Positions 37,080 through 45,672 of a stretch of 58,511 nt of DNA are shown here, in pieces. The notes under the pieces were generated by a model. It made no database searches. It had not been told where the DNA came from and worked only from the letters and a program-made list of their open reading frames with translations. The DNA comes from Candidatus Zhuqueibacterota bacterium (GTDB taxonomy: Bacteria > Zhuqueibacterota > Zhuqueibacteria > Residuimicrobiales > Oceaniaggregativiventaceae). Made by a program: the position numbers and the translations under genes. The stretch covers positions 1 to 58,511 of the forward strand of contig JAFGJN010000320.1 of assembly GCA_016929055.1 (NCBI GenBank), written 5' to 3'. Each line of letters begins with the position of its first letter. Within the stretch, counting starts at the first letter, position 1.

Positions 37080-37817
37080 ATGAACAGAGATATGCTGATC
37101 GACCACCTCAACCAGCTGCTGGCTGTCGATACTTTTAGCGATTATGGTCCGCAAGGACTACAGGTTGAGGGCAGAAGCGAGGTCCGCTCCATCGTTACCG
37201 GAGTTTCAGCTGGTGCAGAACTCTTTGAAAAAGCGGTAGAGCGCAAGGCGGATATGATTATTGTCCATCACGGCCTTTTATGGGACCGGGATCCCCGGGT
37301 AATCAAAGGTCCTTTTAAAAAACGCATCAAGATCTTGCTGGAAAACGATCTATCGCTTTTATCCTACCATCTGCCGCTGGACAAGCATGCCGAGTTCGGC
37401 AACAATGCCGTGGCTGCAAAAAAATTGGCCTTGCGCGAATTGAAGGATTTCGGAGACGTCGGCATTCAGGGGGTCTGTCCAGAACTTTCTCCCGCTGAAC
37501 TGGTGCAGCAAGTTGCCAAACTTTATAAATGCGATCCCCTGGTATTCGAATATGGCCCTTCATCCGTCAAAAAAATCGGGCTCTGTTCGGGTGGTGCAGC
37601 TCGGGATCTTTTGTTGGCGATCGATCTCGGCCTCGATGCCTATATCACTGGCGAAGCCGCAGAACCCTCCCTGTATCTCGCTAAAGAAGGAAACATTCAT
37701 TTCATCGCCGCCGGACATTATGCCACCGAGCGAATCGGCATTCAACAGCTCGGCGATTATCTTCGCTCCCGTTTTGAGCTGCAGGTCGAATTCATTGACC
37801 TGCCCAATCCGATTTAA
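37080..37817 (+). CDS. Nif3-family dinuclear metal centre protein (YbgI-like)
   Basis: 245 aa. DYGPQGLQVEG...ADMIIVHHGLLW...YHLPLDKH...GHYATERIG. Confidence 0.8.
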   Translation: MNRDMLIDHLNQLLAVDTFSDYGPQGLQVEGRSEVRSIVTGVSAGAELFEKAVERKADMIIVHHGLLWDRDPRVIKGPFKKRIKILLENDLSLLSYHLPLDKHAEFGNNAVAAKKLALRELKDFGDVGIQGVCPELSPAELVQQVAKLYKCDPLVFEYGPSSVKKIGLCSGGAARDLLLAIDLGLDAYITGEAAEPSLYLAKEGNIHFIAAGHYATERIGIQQLGDYLRSRFELQVEFIDLPNPI

Positions 37818-37923
37818 TTTGAAGAAAAATAAGTTTTGCTGCATCAAAAATAAATGAAACAGTTGGGGTTATCATGCCCCGCACTCTACCACTGAGATCG
37901 ATCGCCAGCAATTGGAGGAAGGC

Positions 37924-38859
37924 ATGCGAAATGTCATTATCATCGGATCGGGTCCGGCCGGCTTGACCGCCGCTATCTATACGGCCCGCGCCAATCTCAA
38001 ACCCCTGTTGATCGCAGGACTGGAACGGGGCGGACAGGTCACTCTCACCAATGACCTGGAAAACTTTCCCGGTTTTCCGGAGGGACTGGGGGGATTCGAG
38101 ATGTACCAATTGTTTGAGAAACAGGCGCAAAAATTTGGCGCCGAGATTCTCTACGATGTGGTAACCCGCGTCGATCTCGAGGGAGAGGTTAAAAAAGTTT
38201 ATACCGCCGATCAAGAGTTCGAAGCCAAAAGCGTGATCATCGCAACCGGCTCCACCCCCAAACGCCTCGGTGTGCCGGGTGAAAAAGAATTTATCGGCCG
38301 CGGTGTGTCCTACTGCGCGACCTGCGATGGTTTCTTTTTTACCGGCAAAAATGTCGCCGTCATCGGTGGCGGCAACAGTGCTCTGGATGAAGGTCTTTTT
38401 CTCACGCGGTTTGCAAAAAAAGTCACCATCATTCACCGCCGCGACCGTCTGCGTGCCGATGCCATCCTACAGGAACGGGCGATGCAAAACGAGAAAATCG
38501 AGTTTATCTGGGATTCAATTGTCGATGAAATCGTCGGCAAAGACGGAGTCGAATCTCTCAAATTGAAAAATGTAAAAACCGGACAAATTACGGATCATCC
38601 TATCGATGGCGTCTTTGTATTCATTGGACACAAACCGAATGTGGAGCTATTTGAAAACAGCATCGACCTCGCTCCAGATCGCACCATCCAAACCGACCGC
38701 CGTACCCGCACCAACATCGAGGGAGTCTTTGCATGTGGTGATGTTCAAGACTCGATTTACCGTCAGGCTGTGACCGCTGCTGGCAGCGGCTGTCAGTCCG
38801 CAATTGAAACGGAAAAATATGTTGCCGAACTCGAGGGAAAGGCTTACCCGGGCAAATAA
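37924..38859 (+). CDS. trxB: thioredoxin-disulfide reductase
   Basis: IIGSGPAGLTAAIY, redox centre YCATCDG, GGGNSALDEG, ACGDVQD. The ATG at 37924 follows GGAGGA; the track start at 37912 is a TTG. Confidence 0.9.
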   Translation: MRNVIIIGSGPAGLTAAIYTARANLKPLLIAGLERGGQVTLTNDLENFPGFPEGLGGFEMYQLFEKQAQKFGAEILYDVVTRVDLEGEVKKVYTADQEFEAKSVIIATGSTPKRLGVPGEKEFIGRGVSYCATCDGFFFTGKNVAVIGGGNSALDEGLFLTRFAKKVTIIHRRDRLRADAILQERAMQNEKIEFIWDSIVDEIVGKDGVESLKLKNVKTGQITDHPIDGVFVFIGHKPNVELFENSIDLAPDRTIQTDRRTRTNIEGVFACGDVQDSIYRQAVTAAGSGCQSAIETEKYVAELEGKAYPGK

Positions 38860-38880
38860 TAGCGAATAGATACGAGGGGA

Positions 38881-38910
38881 AAAAAAAGGCGGAGATTGCT
38901 CCGCCTTTTT
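38881..38910. terminator. bidirectional intrinsic terminator between trxB and typA
   Basis: AAAAAAAGGCGGAG-attg-CTCCGCCTTTTT, lying between convergent stops. Confidence 0.8.
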
Positions 38911-40739
38911 CAGTTTTCCCATTTTTCACGCCGTTGTTGAACTGCGCGTTTGCTCCGATCTCGTTCCATTTTAGCCAAACGAATATTCTCCGGCGTTACT
39001 TCTACCAATTCATCCTGAGCAATAAATTCGATCGATTGATCGAGCGAAAGCATGCGCGGAGGCCGCAGCGTCACTGTCGCCTCGGCGGTTGAACTGCGCA
39101 TATTGGTCAATTTTTTCTCTTTGGTAATGTTGACATCCAGATCGCCATTGCGGTTGCGTTCGCCGATAATCATACCCTCATAGACCGGGGTACCGACAGG
39201 CAGAAATAGTTCACCGCGATCCACCATGGCCAAACTGGCATACGCCGTCACCGTACCAGCGCGATCAGCGATCAGAGAACCGGTTTGTCGCTGAGGAATA
39301 CGACCGAACCAGGGTTCATAACCGAGAAAGATCGAATTCATCACCCCCCCGCCTTTTGTGTCGGTCAGAAAATGGCTGCGAAATCCGATCAAACCACGTG
39401 ATGGAATGCGAAATTCCATGTGTACGCGTCCGCTCCCCTTGTTCACCAAATTGCTCATCTGCCCTTTGCGCAACGACAGCTTTTCTGTTACAACGCCGAT
39501 ATACTCTTCAGGAATATCGAGAACAACCAGTTCTAACGGTTCGCATGTCTTGCCATCGATTTCTCGGGTGATGACCTGCGGTCGGGAAACCATAAACTCG
39601 TAACCCTCGCGGCGCATGGTCTCGATCAAAACCGCCATCTGCAATTCGCCTCGTCCACAGACTTTAAAGGCATCCGCCCGGTCGGTCGATTCAATCTGTA
39701 TTGCCACATTGCCCAGGGTTTCCTTTTCAAGCCGTTCGCGCAAATGACGAGAAGTTAAAAACTTGCCCTCCTTACCGGATAAAGGGCTGGTGTTGACATA
39801 AAAAACCATCGAGAGTGTCGGCTCATCGACCTTGATCCGTGGCAGCGGTTGCGGATTTTCCAGCGCGGCCAGCGTGTCGCCGATCTTGACGTCGGGAATG
39901 CCCGCCACTGCCACAATATCTCCGGCTTCTGCTCGCTCAACTGCTTTTCGCCCCAGATTTTTAAAAGTGTAAAGGACAGAAAATTTGACGCCCGAAACAA
40001 CCTTGCCCTCTCCGCACCGGCTGTAACTCTTGCCCATCTCCAGCGATCCATGCCACAGACGGCCAACGGCGATTTGTCCGACATAGGCATCATAATCGAG
40101 ATTGGTGATTAAAAATTGCGGCGATGCATCGTCATCAGCCAGCGGTCCGGGAACCGCCTCGACCAGTGTTTCAAAGAGTGGTTGTAGAGTGGTCGATCCG
40201 TCATCGAGTTCTCGATGGGCGATTCCCTGCTTGGCGACAGTATAGAGAATAGGAAACTGTATCTGCTCGTCGGTGGCATCGAGATCGATAAAGAGATCAT
40301 AGACCGAATTGAGCACCTCCTGAATACGGGAATCCTGTCGGTCGATCTTGTTTATGACCAGAACAATCGGCAGATTCTTCTGTAGCGCTTTTTTTACAAC
40401 AAAACGCGTTTGCGGCAAAGGTCCCTCGCTGGCATCCACGAGCAAAAGCGCTCCGTCCACCAGATTCAAGCTGCGTTCCACTTCGCCGCCAAAATCAGCA
40501 TGGCCGGGCGTGTCAACGATGTTGATTTTAATACCGCGATAAATCACCGCCGTGTTTTTGGCCATGATGGTGATGCCCCGTTCCCGCTCCAAATCCATGG
40601 AATCCATCACTCGATCCGCCACGTGCTGATTATCTCGAAAAATGCCGCTCTGTTTTAACATGCCGTCCACCAGCGTCGTCTTGCCATGGTCGACGTGGGC
40701 GATGATGGCGATATTGCGAATGTTTTCCTTGCGTTTCAA
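38910..40739 (-). CDS. typA: translational GTPase TypA/BipA
   Basis: [36 protein letters not shown], and EF-G-like C-terminal domains. I prefer the TTG at 40739, preceded by AGGAGAG, which gives a BipA-like short N-terminus. The track start at 40772 is also a TTG. Confidence 0.9.
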   Translation of the reverse strand: MKRKENIRNIAIIAHVDHGKTTLVDGMLKQSGIFRDNQHVADRVMDSMDLERERGITIMAKNTAVIYRGIKINIVDTPGHADFGGEVERSLNLVDGALLLVDASEGPLPQTRFVVKKALQKNLPIVLVINKIDRQDSRIQEVLNSVYDLFIDLDATDEQIQFPILYTVAKQGIAHRELDDGSTTLQPLFETLVEAVPGPLADDDASPQFLITNLDYDAYVGQIAVGRLWHGSLEMGKSYSRCGEGKVVSGVKFSVLYTFKNLGRKAVERAEAGDIVAVAGIPDVKIGDTLAALENPQPLPRIKVDEPTLSMVFYVNTSPLSGKEGKFLTSRHLRERLEKETLGNVAIQIESTDRADAFKVCGRGELQMAVLIETMRREGYEFMVSRPQVITREIDGKTCEPLELVVLDIPEEYIGVVTEKLSLRKGQMSNLVNKGSGRVHMEFRIPSRGLIGFRSHFLTDTKGGGVMNSIFLGYEPWFGRIPQRQTGSLIADRAGTVTAYASLAMVDRGELFLPVGTPVYEGMIIGERNRNGDLDVNITKEKKLTNMRSSTAEATVTLRPPRMLSLDQSIEFIAQDELVEVTPENIRLAKMERDRSKRAVQQRREKWEN

Positions 40740-41229
40740 TCTGGTTCTCTCCTGCTTCGTGTCCCAATTCAACGGGACTCAATTGCCAATCCCGAGGGAA
40801 ATTGGCTCTCGCGGCACTTGTGTCCGGGTTTATAAAATTATCACCTGGGTGTCCCACTCGGGGACGTCAGTGATGCAATTTTAAATCACCGATCGGGTTG
40901 GTTTTGATTTTGTGCCTGGTCAAATAATTTTATTGCATTTGCAGCAGACACTATTTCCACCCGTTTGATGAAAATATCCTATTGTATTTATTGGGGATTC
41001 GGTGCTTCGCACCGCATCCGAAGGCGTAACCTGACCTGTCAGTTTTGAAATTTATTGCTGTTTTTGCATCAATTAGGTCTGGTGGTGTCACTGAATGGCA
41101 CACCTGTGAGTTAATAGATAATTTTAAAATCTCCAGATTCGGTTAACACCGAATCTGAAAAGGAAAGGAATAGCAGTTAATTTAATAAATTTTTACTTGA
41201 AAACATATCAAATTTTTCAGAGGAAAACC

Positions 41230-41263
41230 AAAAAGCGGATGCGGGCGGATTCCTTCCGCCCGC
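41230..41263 (-). terminator. intrinsic terminator of the ceramidase-like gene
   Basis: Read on the minus strand: GCGGGCGGA-aggaa-TCCGCCCGC followed by ATCCGCTTTTTGGTTTT. It starts 19 nt after the stop. Confidence 0.75.
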
Positions 41264-41281
41264 CGTACCGGTAGAGGGGGG

Positions 41282-42625
41282 TCAGGGCTGGTTCTGCAGT
41301 TTCTTTTGAATGGCCTCGTAACCTTTTTGGGAAATATCACCGTAAACATTGTTGGCTGGTCGTGTTTTTGCCGTTTTGCCGGCGTTTCTAACCGGCGCCA
41401 AAGCAGAGATTAACCCAAGGGTCTGTTCAATGATGCGTTCCCCCGATCCCGGAGGCAATGAACCGTTGAGCGCTTCATAGCCTCCGTCTGTATAATCGAT
41501 TCGCCGGAGAATGTAGCCGACGTTTCCGCCGTTGGCCAGGGTCATCACAAACAGGTGTTTAACTCCGGCTCGAGCCTTGAGCTCGAGCCCGATTTCGACG
41601 GCTACCTCACCGGGAAGGGCGACAAGAACGATATCGCCCAGGGCCATTGTTTGTATCTCCAAATCAATCTGCTCGTCCGGGGTGAACAGATTATTTCTCG
41701 TCGAAAACGCCAGGGTTTTATGAGCCACAGCCAGGGGAAACCCGTTGTAAACTGAAAGATGTTGGCACGTTTTCAACGCTTCCGCACCCACTCCCCGACC
41801 GATTTCGACGCGGCTGTTGCCCTCGCGTTTAATCGGAACCTGGTTGCCCGCTGCGCCCAGCATAAACAGGCAAATACCGCCCTGGATTGTTTCCACGACC
41901 TGCATGGCAAAAGCGGGATAGTCCGCAGACAAGGAATAGAGTTCGTTCATGCCGCAAACCGGATGGGTGGCATAGTTGATCGCGGAAGCGATCGGCCGGT
42001 TGTCTGCCGCTACAACCTGTAAAACTCCGACCTCAGGATCGATCGGCCCAAAAGTCAACCCGGTGGTATCTGCTGGAAAACGCCAGCTGTTGAACAAAAC
42101 TCCATCTTTCCCGGTCACTCGACGGTTAAAGGTGTACTCGGGCGCCGAACCGCTTCCCGCACCGATCCAGGCCGGCTGCTGATTTTGCCAGGCCATCTGC
42201 ACCACACCCGCCAATTTTCCAACCAGCGTTTCAGCATAGGCGCGTTCATAAGGTCCACTGCCGTTTAAATCGACCACTGGGGAAAAATGAGTGTGCGAGG
42301 CAGTCACCATAATGTTTCCAGGTGGAATCCCAGTTCGCCGGTAGACTTCCATACGAACCCGGGAAACAATGTTCGGAAAAGTCTTTAACAAATCCATGGT
42401 TAAAAGAGCAAGCGTTGTCTCTTGATCCGAAATCACCAAAGCTTTGGCATAGAGATCATCGGCAACCGCCTCACTGGGCCTTTCACGCGCCACCCAGCCT
42501 GCCATGGCAATCCCCACCGGAGGTGTGATGTTGACGGCCGCTGCTCCTGCGGTCAAAGTGGAAATGGTTTCGGCAAATAGCGCAGGAGCGAGAATACAAG
42601 CCAGGGTCACTATTTTTGTTCTCAT
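41282..42625 (-). CDS. neutral/alkaline ceramidase-like N-terminal-domain hydrolase, secreted
   Basis: Signal peptide MRTKIVTLACILAPALFA. NITPPVGIAMAGW...DDLYAKALVISD...VTASHTHFSP resembles the neutral ceramidase N-terminal domain. The ATG at 42625 follows GGAG. Confidence 0.55.
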   Translation of the reverse strand: MRTKIVTLACILAPALFAETISTLTAGAAAVNITPPVGIAMAGWVARERPSEAVADDLYAKALVISDQETTLALLTMDLLKTFPNIVSRVRMEVYRRTGIPPGNIMVTASHTHFSPVVDLNGSGPYERAYAETLVGKLAGVVQMAWQNQQPAWIGAGSGSAPEYTFNRRVTGKDGVLFNSWRFPADTTGLTFGPIDPEVGVLQVVAADNRPIASAINYATHPVCGMNELYSLSADYPAFAMQVVETIQGGICLFMLGAAGNQVPIKREGNSRVEIGRGVGAEALKTCQHLSVYNGFPLAVAHKTLAFSTRNNLFTPDEQIDLEIQTMALGDIVLVALPGEVAVEIGLELKARAGVKHLFVMTLANGGNVGYILRRIDYTDGGYEALNGSLPPGSGERIIEQTLGLISALAPVRNAGKTAKTRPANNVYGDISQKGYEAIQKKLQNQP

Positions 42626-42673
42626 CCGTGCTCCAGAAAAATGCGTCGTTACAGTAATCGATTGCAAAAAAAA

Positions 42674-44515
42674 TCAGGGACAATCGATGTGGTGTAGAAT
42701 AAAATCGACGATCGGCGTGGGATCCACCAGACTGTGCGGATGATGGCCAACACCCGGCTTGCGGATCACCTTGATGCGCCCGCCGAGCTGGCGATAGCGC
42801 TGCTCGACGATATCACTATTTTGCGCAACCGGGACCACAATATCCGATTCCCCCACCACATGCAGAATCGGTACATCCGCATCGACCAAAGGCTGCAGAT
42901 TGTCAACGGGATTACCACTATAAGAGAAAAAATCAGCCCGATCCTTGAATCCATACGCTTGCATCATTTCGATCCGATCCGGCCCCGGCCAGCTTTTCAG
43001 ATCGCATACCGGGGCGTCTCCGTAAAGACAGGATACTTTATCGGGATTTTTTGTTGCCCAATTGTAGATGATCAGACCACCGCGGCTCAGACCTTCCAGT
43101 GCTGGTTTACGACAAAAACCGAACCTCTCCGTCAAATAATCATAAAAATCGTTCCAGATTTCTACGGCCTGTGGCGATCCATAGAGACCGGACACATCGA
43201 TCGTTGCCAGATGAAAACCCCGGCGGATCAGAGCCAGATCGGTTTGGGGTTCATGATCAAAAAAACGCGCGCGCCAGATCCAGGGCAAGCCGATGGCGGC
43301 TGTATCCGGCGCGACGATAATTGCCGCTCGACCCCGATGTATAAAATTATATCGAGCAAAACCGTGATATCGGCTTTTGGCGCCAGGAAAATCCTCCTCC
43401 GCTTCAGAGAAATAGTACAGTGCGAAACTCGCCAGCCAATGCTCGCCTTCGTATTGGCCGCTGGTTATAAAATCAAGTGTTGCCTGAGCATGATGAGCCG
43501 CAACCGCCAACAGATTCGCGTGAACCACGCTATTCTTCGGCAGAGTCCTGGCGATTCCGCACAAACACCAGGCTCGGCTGAGATTGAGCCCATCGAGATG
43601 GACGATCTTGGGGTCGCTGCGATCCGAGACTTGAGCAGGATCGAGAACACTCGACAGATTTTTCGAAAAAAGAACCGGTAAAAAACCTTCGAGCCAATCG
43701 CGGTATGCATCACTGGAAAGGACACGGCGCATCAAGTTCGCTTCCATCAATGCCGGGGAAAAGAAATCCTCTCCGCCCGGCTCCCATTCTATGGGATAAT
43801 CGCGATCGGAAAAAAAATAAAACCGACAGCGCTCGATAAGCAGCGCAGCAAATGAGGTATCGTCAACGGCTCGCGCATAATCCAGAGCAAAGCTCAGACC
43901 AAAAGCGGTGTTGGGATGAACACCGGTGCGAATCGGATATGTTTGTCGCGGCAGAAAATCCCGATATCGCTGTACCAATAGGTCGGCCAAAGGCTGGAGA
44001 TTTGCACTCCAGGCCAGCGCATCCGGATCTTGCCACCCGTGTAGCTCCTCAGCCAATTTTAGCAACCACGCCCAACCATAGGTGCGCTCAAAAGAGAGAC
44101 GATTGGGCTGGGAAAAATAAGCCGCTTCGGCCTCGATCTTTTCTTTTGTCAAATTGTGGTTCAGAACTTGCCGAATTGCGGTCGCTTTGGGTAAATCGGG
44201 AAAACGCTTGAGCAGCCGCACCAACAACCAATGACCGTGCACCGCTGAATGCCAATCATAACAACCGAAAAATGCCGGGTGAAGTTCGCTCGGACGACGC
44301 ACGTCCGTCGGCGAATTGATGACATGCCCCGGTTTGTTGGGAAATTCGGTTTGAAGGCAGTTCAATGCAAGCTGGGCGAATTCAGATGCCGTCGCAAGAT
44401 CCAGAGGCTGAATCGGAACGCTGCTCTCACAGAACTCAGATTGATGATTTTCGCACGAGATTCCCGCGATCAAAATAGCGATCACGACAAGATAGCGACA
44501 AATCGATTTTTCCAT
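42674..44515 (-). CDS. fusion protein: DUF2891-like N-terminal domain plus C-terminal alpha/beta-hydrolase-like domain
   Basis: 613 aa. N-terminus MEKSICRYLVVIAILIAGISC. The DUF2891-like signature is HPAFFGCYDWHSAVHGHWLLVRLLKRFP. The C-terminal half reads GLSRGGLIIYNW...VGESDIVVP...GVGHHPH. Confidence 0.6.
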   Translation of the reverse strand: MEKSICRYLVVIAILIAGISCENHQSEFCESSVPIQPLDLATASEFAQLALNCLQTEFPNKPGHVINSPTDVRRPSELHPAFFGCYDWHSAVHGHWLLVRLLKRFPDLPKATAIRQVLNHNLTKEKIEAEAAYFSQPNRLSFERTYGWAWLLKLAEELHGWQDPDALAWSANLQPLADLLVQRYRDFLPRQTYPIRTGVHPNTAFGLSFALDYARAVDDTSFAALLIERCRFYFFSDRDYPIEWEPGGEDFFSPALMEANLMRRVLSSDAYRDWLEGFLPVLFSKNLSSVLDPAQVSDRSDPKIVHLDGLNLSRAWCLCGIARTLPKNSVVHANLLAVAAHHAQATLDFITSGQYEGEHWLASFALYYFSEAEEDFPGAKSRYHGFARYNFIHRGRAAIIVAPDTAAIGLPWIWRARFFDHEPQTDLALIRRGFHLATIDVSGLYGSPQAVEIWNDFYDYLTERFGFCRKPALEGLSRGGLIIYNWATKNPDKVSCLYGDAPVCDLKSWPGPDRIEMMQAYGFKDRADFFSYSGNPVDNLQPLVDADVPILHVVGESDIVVPVAQNSDIVEQRYRQLGGRIKVIRKPGVGHHPHSLVDPTPIVDFILHHIDCP

Positions 44516-44684
44516 TTTTTTCGCTCACGACAAGTGACATGGGAAAATTCATATCAACTATAGTATAACCGATCCGGCAGTGGATATCAAGTATTATTTC
44601 GGCGTCTTTCCCGGTTTTCTTGTCTGATTAAATAAACGCCAACCCACCTCTAAAGGCAGACCACCTTGCTAAAAGGGAAAGATT

Positions 44685-44722
44685 CGACCATTTGGTCGTC
44701 CCTCCCTTCCATTTGGTCGAAT
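44685..44722 (+). promoter_or_regulatory. candidate upstream activator sites (enhancer-binding-protein sites) for the sigma-54 promoter
   Basis: CCATTTGGTCG occurs twice, at 44688-44698 and 44709-44719 (21-bp spacing). The first copy lies inside the palindrome CGACCA-tt-TGGTCG. The outer arms ATTCGACCA / TGGTCGAAT are inverted. The sites are centred about 100-135 bp upstream of the -24 element. Confidence 0.4.
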
Positions 44723-44818
44723 TTTGCGCATCAAATATACCAATCTACCCAAAGCATATCAGCTACATCTCTATATATTATATGGTCTTAATTAACCTTG
44801 TAAAATGCGGTTATTTTT

Positions 44819-44834
44819 TGGCACAACACTTGCT
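44819..44834 (+). promoter_or_regulatory. sigma-54 (-24/-12) promoter
   Basis: TGGCACaacacTTGCT matches the consensus TGGCACG-N4-TTGCW with correct GG-N10-GC spacing. It lies about 55 nt upstream of the ATG at 44890, with AAGGAGG at 44877-44883. Confidence 0.65.
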
Positions 44835-44889
44835 TGAGCCAGTACAGAGGAACAAACAAATCAAAAAAACCAAATCAAGGAGGTCTATC

Positions 44890-45576
44890 ATGAAACGCGT
44901 AACTGTTTTAATCGCACTGGCGGCTATGACGCTGCTCGTTAGCGGCACCCTCTGGGCTCAGCAGAGCGGCGCCAAGCCTTATCCTTTTGTGGACGAAAAC
45001 GGCGACGGTTACAACGACAATGCACCGGACCACGACGGCGATGGCATCCCCAACGGTGAAGATCCGGATTATAAACCGACAGGCGAGCAGAAAGGTCAGC
45101 GGCTCGGCGAAGGCACCAAAGGTTTTATCGATGAAAACGGCGACGGTTACAACGACAACGCACCGGATCATGACGGCGATGGCATCCCCAATGGCCAGGA
45201 TCCGGATTACGTGCCGAGCGGTGACCAGAGCGGTAATCGAATAGGCCAGGGTGCCATGGGTTTTATCGATGAAGACGGCGATGGGTTCAACGACAATGCT
45301 CCGGATCACGATGGCGACGGCATCCCCAACGGCCAGGATCCCGACTTTGAACAGCCGGAAGGCGGCAGCCGTATGGGAAAGGGAAAAGGCTTTCATCGCT
45401 TTATCGATGAGGATGGCGACGGATTTAACGATCTCGCTCCCGACAGCGACGGCGACGGTGTTCCCAACGGTCAGGATGGCGACTGGCAACGCCCTGAAGA
45501 TTGCCTCGGACGCGGCGCCCGCGCCGTCAAAGGCCTGAACAGAACCACTCCATCGGGCAACAAAGGCGGCAATTGA
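44890..45576 (+). CDS. secreted acidic calcium-binding repeat protein (thrombospondin type-3-like DxDxDG loops)
   Basis: The ATG at 44890 follows AAGGAGG. Signal peptide MKRVTVLIALAAMTLLVSGTLWAQQ. Four units of F[IV]DE[ND]GDG[YF]ND[NL]APD[HS]DGDG[IV]PNG[QE]D follow. The track ORF start at 44692 would read through the promoter. Confidence 0.8.
   Translation: MKRVTVLIALAAMTLLVSGTLWAQQSGAKPYPFVDENGDGYNDNAPDHDGDGIPNGEDPDYKPTGEQKGQRLGEGTKGFIDENGDGYNDNAPDHDGDGIPNGQDPDYVPSGDQSGNRIGQGAMGFIDEDGDGFNDNAPDHDGDGIPNGQDPDFEQPEGGSRMGKGKGFHRFIDEDGDGFNDLAPDSDGDGVPNGQDGDWQRPEDCLGRGARAVKGLNRTTPSGNKGGN
44986..45537 (+). repeat. four in-frame tandem repeats of exactly 138 bp (46 aa)
   Basis: Units start at 44986, 45124, 45262 and 45400. 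The first ~85 nt of each unit are well conserved at the DNA level, and the linker part has diverged. Confidence 0.85.
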
Positions 45577-45596
45577 TCACTCTAACGATTCCTGCC

Positions 45597-45635
45597 CCAA
45601 GATCCCGGAAGGGCTTGTGCTCTCCGGGATCTTGG
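45597..45635 (+). terminator. strong hairpin (terminator or attenuator) between the repeat-protein gene and the barrel gene
   Basis: Perfect 13-bp stem CCAAGATCCCGGA / TCCGGGATCTTGG with a 13-nt loop, followed by CTTTGCTTG. Confidence 0.5.
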
Positions 45636-45672
45636 CTTTGCTTGACAAATATTTTTGAAAAAGGCGGACCGT

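Noticed and set aside
44692-44889. N-terminal 66-aa extension of the repeat-protein ORF as given in the track
   Set aside because: The extension has no RBS and reads through the sigma-54 promoter and the AT-rich DNA. The ATG at 44890 has AAGGAGG upstream and is followed immediately by a canonical signal peptide.
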